From contig JAGSHN010000023.1 in assembly GCA_029855935.1 (NCBI GenBank), forward strand, positions 12,157-76,156: a stretch of DNA of 64,000 bases. Direction: 5' to 3'. The notes below the pieces were generated by a model. The model was given only the letters and a program-made list of their open reading frames with translations. It did not search any database and was not told the DNA's origin. Shown here in pieces: positions 48,223 through 57,867 of this stretch (the stretch's first letter is position 1; each line of letters begins with the position of its first letter). The stretch comes from Candidatus Thorarchaeota archaeon (GTDB taxonomy: Archaea > Asgardarchaeota > Thorarchaeia > Thorarchaeales > Thorarchaeaceae). Both the position numbers and the translations under genes were made by a program.

Positions 48223-49506
48223 TCATAGAGACGGGTTGGGCCGTCTATAACGATTCGTGATCTCTGGAACAAGGACTTGCCATCCGACTAGATGACCTGA
48301 ACTCTCAGACTCCAGCAGATCATCAAGTGCAAGATGCAGCGCACTGGTCGACGGAAGATTCGCCTCGTTCTCCGGATGGAGCCTCGAGCGGATGAAGTAC
48401 TTCACTGCGGAGTCTGAGAAGGTTGTTGGGTACGTCTCGTTGCTGAACTCTATCCGGAGATGAGGACGAGAGTCCGAGGTATAGACCTCATATATCCCGT
48501 AGATTGTCTGTGGGAAGTTGGGATCGAATCTCGTGAAGCGGAGCCGGATCCTGTGAGGGGTGACAGAGGTGTCTATGTCATACTCAGCCTCCCACGTCTC
48601 GGATCCACCACTAGCCGTTCGCTGGTAGTAGACGGCGTGTTGAACTCTCCCAAAGTATTGTGTGTCTGCGTGGATGAAGGTGAGAATCTCAGGAGGACCG
48701 CCGGCGTCCCACAGGCCGCTGTAGACCCACACTCCTGCAATGTCGTCCTCACCCTCCCGCACAGGAAAGACCGGGTTGACAAGTCGGTGTTCCGCCTTGC
48801 TCATACGGGGGACATCTATTCCGTCCAGGAAAGGTTGTAGCATACTGTCGTTGAAGATCTGTTCGACCTGCAACCTCTCTGACTCGCTGAGATAGGAGAA
48901 GGGCGGAACGAAGCTACCCTCGGTCTCAGGGTCTGTTGAGAACCAGGGGAACATAGGCCCAGTCTTGTTGTTGAAGTCGACAAGCCCCCAGTCGACCATC
49001 GAATACGATGCGTACGACCTCGAATACCCGATGACCTGCCCCTTTGTCACATAGTCGTCCTTCGCGACGAGCAACTGGCCAAGGTGGTCAAACCAGCTTG
49101 CCATTGTGTAGTTGTGGAATATCACGATCCTGATATCGTCGCTCCCCACGTATTCGACGCTCTCAACCACACCGTCATCGGGAGCATAGACGGGACTCGT
49201 GTCATGAAACTTGAACGCAGTGTGGTCGAATCCCTCTGGGTGACCGCCACCATGATAGCCCCACGTACCAATTGGACCCAATTCAGGAGAGTCCGTGGCC
49301 AGACTGTCGAGATCCACGGGGAGCGATATGCTGGCAGTCCTATTGAGTCGGGGGTCGCTGAGGAGTCCGTGTTCAGACCCATCCTCGTCCTCCGAGGGGG
49401 ACTCGTTCTCAAGATGGCCAATCATGAACGCGACCGATCCCAGGGCAATCGCGAGAACTACGATCAAAGCCAGAATCTTGGCCCTTGTGGAGTGCATAGG
49501 GAACAC
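48223..49506 (-). CDS. Secreted or membrane-anchored M23 (LytM)-like peptidase domain protein.
   Basis: Signal anchor KILALIVVLAIALGSVAFMIG. Then YHGGGHPEGFDH ... PDDGVVESVEY ... FDHLGQLLVAKDDYVTKGQVIGYS has M23-like organisation. The HxH is not canonical, so the domain may be degenerate. Confidence 0.5.
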   Translation of the reverse strand: MFPMHSTRAKILALIVVLAIALGSVAFMIGHLENESPSEDEDGSEHGLLSDPRLNRTASISLPVDLDSLATDSPELGPIGTWGYHGGGHPEGFDHTAFKFHDTSPVYAPDDGVVESVEYVGSDDIRIVIFHNYTMASWFDHLGQLLVAKDDYVTKGQVIGYSRSYASYSMVDWGLVDFNNKTGPMFPWFSTDPETEGSFVPPFSYLSESERLQVEQIFNDSMLQPFLDGIDVPRMSKAEHRLVNPVFPVREGEDDIAGVWVYSGLWDAGGPPEILTFIHADTQYFGRVQHAVYYQRTASGGSETWEAEYDIDTSVTPHRIRLRFTRFDPNFPQTIYGIYEVYTSDSRPHLRIEFSNETYPTTFSDSAVKYFIRSRLHPENEANLPSTSALHLALDDLLESESSGHLVGWQVLVPEITNRYRRPNPSL

Positions 49507-50195
49507 CTCGACGAATGGACTTGTCAGGTCAGTCCTCCAATTCCGGAGCGATTCTCGAGCTTCAATCGTGAGGCGAAACGCCTGCGCGGCGAGTACTAGT
49601 CCAGCCAGGGAATTTATGCATTACTTGATTCAATTCATCCCTCGGGTCAAGTCTCTGGAATCTCGAGTCTCCAGTCGACGGGACACTGAATGGTGTGAGA
49701 TCTGGCCGGCTTGAGAGGGACGATGAGGAACTTGAGAGAGCACAGGGGCTCTGTTCAAGACTTGGCCACTGGGTCAAGAAGCTCGAGCAGGACCACTCAC
49801 AAGACATCGCCCCTTCTCCCGTTTCGAGACACCTCAGTACCTTGCCACAGCGAGCCTTCAACAAGAAACAAAAGAACAGGAGACAAATCAACAACTCGGA
49901 TAGGTACGGGCTCAATACGAGAGTGCGTGAGTACCAGCGTCATCATTGAAGGGTGTAGCGGCTATTGCGGGAAAGTGAAACGGGGGTCCTGATGGACAAG
50001 CATGGCCCTCGGGCCGATGCCAGCGGATCAGAAGGACACGATGCTAGGCGACAGCTCCTCCGTTCCTCCGGACACAGCCAGGTGCCACGACGACGCTCCC
50101 CAACCGTGAAGAGCGCCGTGGGATGGGAGCCAGAGGAATACTCCGATTCTTCCGCACCTGGGGCGCGTCAAATTGCCACCCGGTCCCCTATACTC

Positions 50196-52439
50196 GTGAC
50201 AGCCGTCTCGAGGTCCTCGGTGACGCCTCTGTTCGTGCTTCTGCTCCTGCTTGGAGGCACGCTCAGACTTCCCGTCTCGTCGGTTCCCCTATCCCTGTCT
50301 CATCCATCATCCGTCCCGTCCCCGCCCTTTCCTGTCCCGTCGTCAGATGTGAGCGGCCACTATCTTGATGGACCTGTGCAGGCGGTACGTGACAGGACGC
50401 GCCTTGCAGTTCCTGTCACCACGTCTCTGAGGTTGTACCCCTCATCACAGACTCAACTCGACATTGCAGAGCCGCTCGTCTGGTCCACACTCTTGGGCAC
50501 TCCCGAACACGAGTGGTGCGGTGACATTGCACTATTCTCCAACGGGTCAATAGTGGTATCGGGATCGACTATGGGCGTTGACTTTCCGGACCCTGAGGCA
50601 CCAGACATATATCGGGACCCAATTGGCTTCGTTGTGTCGTTCTCGCGCCCGTGCGAGCCACCGATGCGCTCGTGGCTCATCGGCAACGAAGATTCGTACA
50701 GCTATAATGACTGCATGGCCGTCGACGAGCACGGACGGATCTTCGTCGCTGGGTACGTCTGGGGTCAGAATTTTCCGCGGGTGAATGCCAACGAGACATG
50801 GCTGCCGGGCACAAATGACAACGTATACGTCGTGGTCTACTCGCCCGATGGACAGATGTTATTCTCGACGCTCATTGGTGGTTCGGGCTACGACTACCCC
50901 TACTCAATCGTGCTGGGTCCTGATGGCATTCTGTACGTGGTGGGTAGCACCAGCTCAGTGGACTTCCCCGTGACGAGTACTCACTGGGGCTATCGCGCTG
51001 GCCCCTCTGACGTCTTTGTCATGGCCATCGACTGTCTGAACGACCGACTGGTCTTCTCACGATGTCTTGGTGGTGAGGGGCGCGACTCCGGCAAGGCGGT
51101 GACGATGGACGCAGATGGGGCAATATGGGTGACAGGCTGGACCGATTCCGAGTTCTTCGAGAGCACGCTCGACGGATGGGGGTCGTGCGGCGGCACAGAC
51201 GTCTTCGTTGCCCGGCTGGACAGATCAGGAGTGCTTGATGGCCTTCTCGTGCTGGGCGGTGGCGGAGAGGAGAACGCCCTCGGCATCGCAGTCACCGATG
51301 ACAATAGTGTGATCATTGCCGGATGGAGCAACTCGACAGACCTGCCTGCCCCGGTTGATGATGCCGAAGAGGAGCCGCCCATCAATCAGGGCGGCCACGA
51401 TGTACTCTTACTCAGGATGGGCATGTCAGAAGAGGATGCTGAAACCACCCTCGACAGGGCTGTGGAGGTAAGGCAGGTGGTCCTGATTGGTGGTTCTGAT
51501 GACGACTATGCGTCAGCCATTGCTCTTGGCCAGGACGGGAGTGTGTACATTGCTGGCTGGTCCGACTCTGAGGACTTTCCAGTGGCCGGGACCTTCACCC
51601 TTCCTCATACACATTCGAGTCACAGCGACTGTCTGGTGATGAAGATGTCTCCGGACCTGAGTCGGGTGCTCTACGCGTCCTGTCTTGGAGGTCCCTACCC
51701 CGATGAGGCGTACTCGCTGGTGGTGAACGGCACCGGGACGGTCTTTGTTGCAGGCACTGGACTTGATGGGATGCCGTTACGCGGTGCCTTTGACAACACG
51801 ACTGGTTTCCGGGATGATGTCGTAGTGTTTGCACTTCTTGATCACGCAGATGGTGACGCGGACGACCTCATCGATCACTTCGAGTACTTGTACGGTACCA
51901 GCCCTTCTCTGAACGACACGGACGGCGATGGTCTGACCGACAGATACGAGTTGGAGATGGGACTCGACCCACTAAATCCAGACTGTGACAATGACGGCCT
52001 TGACGACGGGACGGAGGTTCGTGCAGGACTGAATCCACTGGATGGACGCGATGCGGGACTGGACCTCGACGGCGACGGACTGACCACGGCAGAGGAGATT
52101 GCGCTTGGTCTGAATCCCCTGAACTGGGACACAGACGGTGACGGGTTTGGCGATGGCTGGGAGGTGGCACGCGGATACGACCCGCGCGATCGGAACGTGC
52201 CGCTCGCAGAGGCGATTGAGGGATGGGCCGAATCGGCGGTGGCAATGAGTGGTGGACCCATTGTGCTGGCGGTCCTGTCGACCGTGTTGCCACTGGTCAT
52301 TGCGGTGGTGGTACTGCGTCGCAGAGAGATGATGCAACGAAGGGCACTGGAGAAGGCGAAAAAGAGAGAACGAGAGGTCTTGCACGAACTCGTATCCGGA
52401 GAGATAGACGATGAAGGCAGCACGCAGCCATGGGACTGA
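50196..52439 (+). CDS. Giant cell-surface protein with SBBP beta-propeller repeats, TSP3-like Ca-binding repeats and a C-terminal TM anchor plus basic/charged tail.
   Basis: The ORF is open from 49965, but the upstream 77 codons are R/S-rich and non-protein-like. The GTG at 50196 gives MTAVSRSSVTPLFVLLLLLGGTL, a signal peptide. SBBP-like units include LFSTLIGGSGYDYPYSIVLGPDGILYVVGSTSSVDFP. TSP3 repeats span 51.84-52.19 kb. The C-terminus is IVLAVLSTVLPLVIAVVVLRRRE followed by a charged tail. Confidence 0.75.
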   Translation: MTAVSRSSVTPLFVLLLLLGGTLRLPVSSVPLSLSHPSSVPSPPFPVPSSDVSGHYLDGPVQAVRDRTRLAVPVTTSLRLYPSSQTQLDIAEPLVWSTLLGTPEHEWCGDIALFSNGSIVVSGSTMGVDFPDPEAPDIYRDPIGFVVSFSRPCEPPMRSWLIGNEDSYSYNDCMAVDEHGRIFVAGYVWGQNFPRVNANETWLPGTNDNVYVVVYSPDGQMLFSTLIGGSGYDYPYSIVLGPDGILYVVGSTSSVDFPVTSTHWGYRAGPSDVFVMAIDCLNDRLVFSRCLGGEGRDSGKAVTMDADGAIWVTGWTDSEFFESTLDGWGSCGGTDVFVARLDRSGVLDGLLVLGGGGEENALGIAVTDDNSVIIAGWSNSTDLPAPVDDAEEEPPINQGGHDVLLLRMGMSEEDAETTLDRAVEVRQVVLIGGSDDDYASAIALGQDGSVYIAGWSDSEDFPVAGTFTLPHTHSSHSDCLVMKMSPDLSRVLYASCLGGPYPDEAYSLVVNGTGTVFVAGTGLDGMPLRGAFDNTTGFRDDVVVFALLDHADGDADDLIDHFEYLYGTSPSLNDTDGDGLTDRYELEMGLDPLNPDCDNDGLDDGTEVRAGLNPLDGRDAGLDLDGDGLTTAEEIALGLNPLNWDTDGDGFGDGWEVARGYDPRDRNVPLAEAIEGWAESAVAMSGGPIVLAVLSTVLPLVIAVVVLRRREMMQRRALEKAKKREREVLHELVSGEIDDEGSTQPWD
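51840..52190 (+). repeat. TSP3-like DxDxDG repeat array inside the 50196-52439 gene.
   Basis: DTDGDGLTDRYE, DCDNDGLDDGTE, DLDGDGLTTAEE and DTDGDGFGDGWE. Confidence 0.6.
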
Positions 52440-52502
52440 CGCGCAGTCAGCCGTGGGACAGACGCGTATGTGACTGTCGACTCCGAATCTGCCACGACAG
52501 TC

Positions 52503-54809
52503 TCAAGAGTCCAGTAGAGTCTGGTCCTCACTCTTTGGGTCTTGTGGAGATTCTGTCTGAGGATGGTGTGATGACGGAGGTAGTGACCGCGTCCTCGCTC
52601 GTGGGCGCACTCTGTCACGGAACCCGTAAGTCAGTGCTATTATTGCGATACTGGTCACACCCAGACTGACAAGTATTGGGGAGACGTAGAGCACGCTCTC
52701 TATGAGGGGGAGTGTGGAGTTCACAGGGTCGAAACCGTTGGCAACCTCCCAACCATCAGGAATACCATCACCATCGCTGTCGAGTGCACGCGGTGAGGTC
52801 CCCGTCAGGTATTCTCCGAGATTCGACAACGCGTCACCATCTGGGTCAGCCTCTGCGTCATCGACAAATGGACTGAGATTGAACTGAATCTCCCAGGCAT
52901 CGGGGAGCCCGTCATTGTCCGTGTCTCTGCTGGTTGGACTGGTCCCGTAGACTTCGACTTCCTCATAGTCACTGAGGCCATCCTCATCGGTGTCGTTGCT
53001 TGTCGGACTGGTCCCGTAGACCTCAACTTCGTCATAGTCGCTGAGACCGTCGTGGTCCGTATCATTGCAGATTGGACTGGTCCCGTATACCTCCACCTCA
53101 TCATAGTCGCGGAGCCCATCGTCATCAGAGTCCCTGCTCCACGGGTCTGAGCCTATTGCATACTCCTCTGTATTTGACAGGCCGTCAGCATCACTGTCCT
53201 GAGCCGCATCTGCCGGGTCCAGAGGATTCAGGGCGTTGGAGATCTCCCATCCGTCCGGAAGACCGTCGCCATCCGTGTCCGGCTCTCGGGGATTCGTCGA
53301 GCTGACAAACTCCTGGTAGTCTGAGGCACCATCGTTGTCGGTGTCTCTGACTCGCGGGTCACTTCCCGCCGTCAGTTCATACGTATCGGTCAGACCGTCA
53401 CCATCGTGATCTGTCCAGTTGCCCACCGTCCCAGAACCTCCTCTCTCTCCTATCCACGGCCATACGTACGCATACTGATTGACACGGCTGACACCGAGAC
53501 AGAGAACATCGTTCCCCGAGCCGACCACAATCTCCTGATTACCATCATCATCAAGGTCTGTGACCAGCGGTGACGAGAAGGCCGTGCAATTGATGGGGAT
53601 GGACCATTTCTCAGCGCCATTTCGAGCCTCACATGCGTAGAGTATGTCTTCTCCGAGGCCTCTGCTGGTTCCCACGACAACATCAAGTCGGCCGTCAAGG
53701 TCTATGTCCGCAACCGCCGGAGCGGCCTGGAGATTGCGGTCAAGATCACGGCCCCATCTCAGGGTCCCATCAAGTGCGTCCATGCAATAGAGTGTGCCGT
53801 AATATTCCGGGACAAGGACCTCATATGCTCCATTCCCGTCAACATCCACAACGACCGGCGACCCCTCTGTGTAGGGAAAGGTCCCGAGCAGGGTCTTCTC
53901 CCCCGTGTCCCCCTCCAGTCGATACAACTGTCCCGCAAGCGTTATGACGAAGATCTCAGTTATTCCATCTCCGTCGATGTCGACAAGGCTCGGATTCGTC
54001 CAGATGACAGAGTTCCCCCCTCTCAGCTCGGTTGCCCATTCGACCCGCCCCGACCGCAGGTCAAAGCTACGTATCAGGTCTTCATTCGACCCGATGACCC
54101 CCTCCAGCTCACCGTCCCCGTCAATATCGGCCACTCCCGCCGAGCTGCAGATGGGGTACGGCGTGCTGTAGTTCCACCGTAATGTTCCAGTTGCCCCGTT
54201 GAGACAGATGATCCCCTCCTCTGCACCAAAGAGGACTACCTTCTTGCGAGAGGTACCAAGCTGTGCAACTGCAGGAGAGGCATAGATACCTGGGAACAGC
54301 CCATTGCCACTCAGTGTCTGATATCTCCAAACCAGTTCTCCCGTCTGACCATCCAGACAATAGAGCGCTCCGACTCGGGCTCCAATCAATACTTCGACCC
54401 TCCCGTCACCTGTGACATCCGCTACCGTCGGCATCGTGCTCACCCCTCCGGAGTACACGGGCCTCTCGGTTGTGAAGTTCCACAGGAGTGAGCCGTTGGC
54501 GGACAGCACGTACAGATTTCGGTCCCCGCTTCCTATCAGTACCTCAAGGTGGCCATCTCCATTGACATCCGCAGCCATTGGGGGATGCCAGAAATGGCCT
54601 CTCGAAGAGAATCGCCATCTCTCAATCGGCGGAGGGCCGCTCCCGGTTCCTGCGACCCTATGTATCGCATAGGTAGATGATGGTATTGAGACCGAGTCGT
54701 GATGGTATGTCCGGACGGCAAGGCCTGCTCCCGTAGGCACCACTAGGATAGAACACACTATGAGTACGAGGCCCCCTCTGGTCAGCATATCGTGACAGCC
54801 TTTCCTCAT
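52503..54809 (-). CDS. Giant cell-surface protein with a PQQ/FG-GAP-like beta-propeller, TSP3-like repeats and a C-terminal TM anchor. It is a paralogue of the 6716-9187 gene.
   Basis: Signal peptide MRKGCHDMLTRGGLVLIVCSILVVP. Propeller units include ADVNGDGHLEVLIGSGDRNLYVLSANGSLLW and LYCLDGQTGELVW. TSP3 repeats (DHDGDGLTDTYE ... DSDGDGIPDGWE) lie at about 52.72-53.44 kb. The C-terminal TM is ILVSLGVTSIAIIALTYGF followed by an R-rich tail. Confidence 0.8.
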   Translation of the reverse strand: MRKGCHDMLTRGGLVLIVCSILVVPTGAGLAVRTYHHDSVSIPSSTYAIHRVAGTGSGPPPIERWRFSSRGHFWHPPMAADVNGDGHLEVLIGSGDRNLYVLSANGSLLWNFTTERPVYSGGVSTMPTVADVTGDGRVEVLIGARVGALYCLDGQTGELVWRYQTLSGNGLFPGIYASPAVAQLGTSRKKVVLFGAEEGIICLNGATGTLRWNYSTPYPICSSAGVADIDGDGELEGVIGSNEDLIRSFDLRSGRVEWATELRGGNSVIWTNPSLVDIDGDGITEIFVITLAGQLYRLEGDTGEKTLLGTFPYTEGSPVVVDVDGNGAYEVLVPEYYGTLYCMDALDGTLRWGRDLDRNLQAAPAVADIDLDGRLDVVVGTSRGLGEDILYACEARNGAEKWSIPINCTAFSSPLVTDLDDDGNQEIVVGSGNDVLCLGVSRVNQYAYVWPWIGERGGSGTVGNWTDHDGDGLTDTYELTAGSDPRVRDTDNDGASDYQEFVSSTNPREPDTDGDGLPDGWEISNALNPLDPADAAQDSDADGLSNTEEYAIGSDPWSRDSDDDGLRDYDEVEVYGTSPICNDTDHDGLSDYDEVEVYGTSPTSNDTDEDGLSDYEEVEVYGTSPTSRDTDNDGLPDAWEIQFNLSPFVDDAEADPDGDALSNLGEYLTGTSPRALDSDGDGIPDGWEVANGFDPVNSTLPLIESVLYVSPILVSLGVTSIAIIALTYGFRDRVRPRARTRSLPPSSHHPQTESPQDPKSEDQTLLDS
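52720..53440 (-). repeat. TSP3-like DxDxDG repeat array inside the 52503-54809 gene.
   Basis: At least 9 D-x-D-x-DG-x-(P)D units, with near-identical copies DTDxDGLSDYDEVEVYGTSP repeated three times. Confidence 0.6.
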
Positions 54810-54944
54810 CTCCAGACCCCAGCACCTTCATATTGTGTCATTCTGACCATATCCAGATTCCAGTCCCACTCTCAATAAACAAGCGCTTTTCCTTAAGTCT
54901 TTCCTGCGAAATATTGTTGTTGCAGTCTTTGAACCGAAAAAAAA

Positions 54945-54958
54945 AATATGCGTGCAGT
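54945..54958 (+). promoter_or_regulatory. A-rich/TATA-like element upstream of the S8 protease gene, a possible archaeal promoter.
   Basis: aaaaaaaaaatatg lies 32-45 nt upstream of the GTG start at 54990, in the divergent intergenic region shared with the 52503-54809 gene. The call is by position and AT content only. Confidence 0.25.
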
Positions 54959-54989
54959 GACGAGTAACTACCCGTAGGGGTGTGTCATA

Positions 54990-56528
54990 GTGAGCCGTAC
55001 GACCACCATTGACGGGAGCGAGAAACTCGGGAGAAAGCGAATAGCCACGCTAGTGATACTGTTCGTCATTGTTTCCCTGATCGGCATTCCTGCCGCAGCC
55101 AACACGGGACCCCTGTCCGTGAATACTACCAATCTGAGCTGTGACAACTCATTCCTTGTCGCACCTCCGGGTGAATCAGGTGGTGGTTCCGATTGGCAAC
55201 CATTCCTAGAGGACACTCAGACAAAGAGTTGGATGGAGATTGACAGACTTCATAGTCTTGGATGGGATGGAGATGGCATCACCATTGCCATCATTGACAG
55301 CGGGCTCTATCCGCATAGCTACTTCACAAACGATCTGCACACTCAGTTGGTACAATACGTTTGCGTCAATGATGACTATAGTCTATCAAAGACAACCAGC
55401 TGGTCCAGTCCGCTTCTGCAAGATCACGTCGGTCACGGAACAGAGATGGCTGGTGTTGCATTGCAGTTTGCCCCCAAGGCAAGACTTGTATTCTATGCCA
55501 CGGTGAGGTATCAAGAGGGCAAGGGCTGGAGGCTTGATTGGGACAAAGTGAATAGGTCACTTGCAGACCTTGACGCGAACTATGCCACATATGGAGTCAA
55601 TGTGCTCTCTATGAGTATTGGCAATTCTAAAGTTCCCCAGAGAAACTACGAACTAGCTATGTCAATACAAACGTATCTCAGCTCACTTGCCTCTAAGGGG
55701 GTCACAATCTTCATCTCAAGTGGCAACGACTATGATAAGCCTGTGTCCTGGCCTGCAAGAATTGCCCCCGATTTCGATGGGATATTCAGTGTTGGAGCTG
55801 TCTTCGATCAGGAATATCAGAACTACGGTAAGGACTTCGATAAACCGGGAAGGCCAAGACACGCAGGTCAGATATGGTTTGAAGAAAAGAAGAAGGGATC
55901 TACGAAATGGAAAGGGACTTCTCACCGCGATGGTCTTGAGATCATGGCGTCCGGAGTCGACATTATGACGACCACAAATGAGAACGGGGGCAACTACCAC
56001 TGTACTGGGACCAGTCCGGCCGCGCCTATGGCTGCGGGTTGCCTTGCCTGTCTTCTCGAACTCTGGCACAGCATAGAGGGCTTTGCAACAATCCCTGAGG
56101 ACTTCATAGAGGGTATAATTGAGAACACGGCGGAATATCGTTTTGCCAGCGACCCTCATCTCTATGGCTATGGAATAGTCTCCCCCTACGACTGCAGAAT
56201 CTATCCGCTCTCAGTCGCTGCCTCTTCCGTACATACCGGGTACCTGCTCACCAGCTATGATGCCGAATTCTATGGCCACGGTTTTTCAGTCTATCTGGAA
56301 TGGTGGGAGAGAAACGGCCGGACCTGGGTCAAGCACAGCGATCTGGTCTATATGACTAGCTATGGCGATTGGGACCCAGTTCATGCGCAAAACAGTATCC
56401 ATCCGGCCTTCTATGAAGGATACTATGCGACTATCAAATGGAGATACAAGATGAGTGTGTTTGGCCTATCGATGACTCTCTACACATCGTGGCACACAGA
56501 TACGGTTCCCGGTGGATACCCCGAGTAG
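54990..56528 (+). CDS. Subtilisin-like serine protease (peptidase S8) with an N-terminal signal anchor.
   Basis: GTG start. Signal anchor IATLVILFVIVSLIGIPAAA. The catalytic triad contexts are GITIAIIDSG (Asp), HGTEMAG (His) and GTSPAAPMAAG (Ser). Confidence 0.85.
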   Translation: MSRTTTIDGSEKLGRKRIATLVILFVIVSLIGIPAAANTGPLSVNTTNLSCDNSFLVAPPGESGGGSDWQPFLEDTQTKSWMEIDRLHSLGWDGDGITIAIIDSGLYPHSYFTNDLHTQLVQYVCVNDDYSLSKTTSWSSPLLQDHVGHGTEMAGVALQFAPKARLVFYATVRYQEGKGWRLDWDKVNRSLADLDANYATYGVNVLSMSIGNSKVPQRNYELAMSIQTYLSSLASKGVTIFISSGNDYDKPVSWPARIAPDFDGIFSVGAVFDQEYQNYGKDFDKPGRPRHAGQIWFEEKKKGSTKWKGTSHRDGLEIMASGVDIMTTTNENGGNYHCTGTSPAAPMAAGCLACLLELWHSIEGFATIPEDFIEGIIENTAEYRFASDPHLYGYGIVSPYDCRIYPLSVAASSVHTGYLLTSYDAEFYGHGFSVYLEWWERNGRTWVKHSDLVYMTSYGDWDPVHAQNSIHPAFYEGYYATIKWRYKMSVFGLSMTLYTSWHTDTVPGGYPE

Positions 56529-57147
56529 ACAGACTCCACTATTCGCGTTTACATCTCTTGGAGATCTCGCCCATCAACCAGTCCCCTGCCCTTCTGGGCA
56601 ACCTGCACCAAGATACCCGATGGCTGCTGCACTCAAGGGTTCTAAGCGGCAGGGAGAGATTCAGGCTACTTGGGCTGCATCTCCCTCCAGGCCAGCAGCG
56701 ACTATCTAGGGTCTGGAAGTCAATCCCTGCTTCCTGTGACGCGTTGGAGCAACAGGAGGAAGATATGTTCCTCGGCGGGTATGAGATGGCCTGTGCCCAC
56801 TCGGGAGACGAATTGACCTTCTTCAGTGTAGACTTGGATGGCCTTTGATCAGCGACCAGTGGGACCCCTCCGACGCAGATCGTAGGACTCGGACCAATCA
56901 CAATCTCAAGGCCCTTGGTCAAAATGGGCGGCAAGAAGGCCCAGCCCGAGTTCCCAAGGGACTTGGACATCCTTATGTGGACCTACACTGAGGATGACCT
57001 GATAGCGGTTGTTGATCGGACAGGTGTGAACGACACGGCGTCTTTCAACATACAATCACACAATCTAGACATACAGACAAGTGGGTCGTTCACGGACCCC
57101 CGACTACTCGGTCACATCTTGGGGCGACTAGTCCCAATTCGAAAGGT

Positions 57148-57540
57148 CTACTCAAGGTCTCCAACACGTGCCGTGAACTCGTCAATACTTGTCTGAACAG
57201 GAAGTATCAATATACCAAATTCGTCTGAAACACTAGATAGCCGCTTGAAATGAAAGTCATCCGCCAAGAATACTCCACAATTGCAATCTATGGCAGTGGC
57301 AAGATGTAGTGCATCAGATGCATACAGATTATACTGTGTGATGAACAGACGAGTCGAACCAATCAATCTATTGCCTATTTCATGCACAACGAGGTGCCTC
57401 CTGATCATAAGCCGATTCCATTGTATCTCGATGAACTCGAGAAGTGAGGCCCCTTCATCTTGCGTCAGTTCGCGCTGATTCACTCGTTTTTGAACTGCAC
57501 GTGTCAGTTCCAGTATGCTCCACGAAGATGTCTGACACAA
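57148..57540 (-). CDS. PIN-domain (VapC-like) protein with a possibly non-canonical or degraded N-terminus.
   Basis: The C-terminal YNLYASDALHLATAIDCNCGVFLADD is a classic PIN (VapC) motif. The frame stays open back to the stop of the upstream RHH gene, but TTG at 57540 is the only usable start. No clear N-terminal hhLDT acidic motif is present. Confidence 0.5.
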   Translation of the reverse strand: MCQTSSWSILELTRAVQKRVNQRELTQDEGASLLEFIEIQWNRLMIRRHLVVHEIGNRLIGSTRLFITQYNLYASDALHLATAIDCNCGVFLADDFHFKRLSSVSDEFGILILPVQTSIDEFTARVGDLE

Positions 57541-57618
57541 TAGACTGTCAGTGGTCAGACAGAATTCGACAAGGTTCTCACTAGGCTCGCCATTACGAGA
57601 TCCCAGAGGGCTGAGGCT

Positions 57619-57867
57619 TCAAGGCATACTGGAGTCCTCTTCATCATAAATCTCCTCAAGACCTCTCGTGCGCTCCTTTTTCTGGGAGAAGTAGGCACGG
57701 ACTTCGTCAAAGCTCTTCCACGGCAAAGACTTGACCCTGTCTTCCAACATCAGTTCACGAATTCCTGCCTTTAGTGCCTCACTTATCGATGAGAACCGCC
57801 CCTCTGCAATCAGTCGTTCCAAGAATTCACGTTCTTCTCTCGTGAGGCGTACAGACGCAACCGTCAT
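57619..57867 (-). CDS. Ribbon-helix-helix (CopG/ParD-like) antitoxin.
   Basis: SVRLTREEREFLERLIAEGRFSSISEALKAGIREL is an RHH fold signature. It is 82 aa and lies directly upstream of the PIN gene in the same frame. Confidence 0.6.
   Translation of the reverse strand: MTVASVRLTREEREFLERLIAEGRFSSISEALKAGIRELMLEDRVKSLPWKSFDEVRAYFSQKKERTRGLEEIYDEEDSSMP

Noticed and set aside
49965-50195. Upstream extension of the surface-protein ORF (MRESETGVLMDKHGPRADASG...)
   Set aside because: The first 77 codons are R/S/P-rich and unlike the rest of the protein. An in-frame GTG at 50196 yields a textbook signal peptide. The extension is likely non-coding.
50990-52618. Antisense ORFs 51875-52618 (247 aa), 51868-52293, 51972-52385 and 50990-51385 within or overlapping the 50196-52439 surface gene
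   Set aside because: Same artefact class: reverse strand of repeat-rich coding sequence with S/P/R-biased composition.
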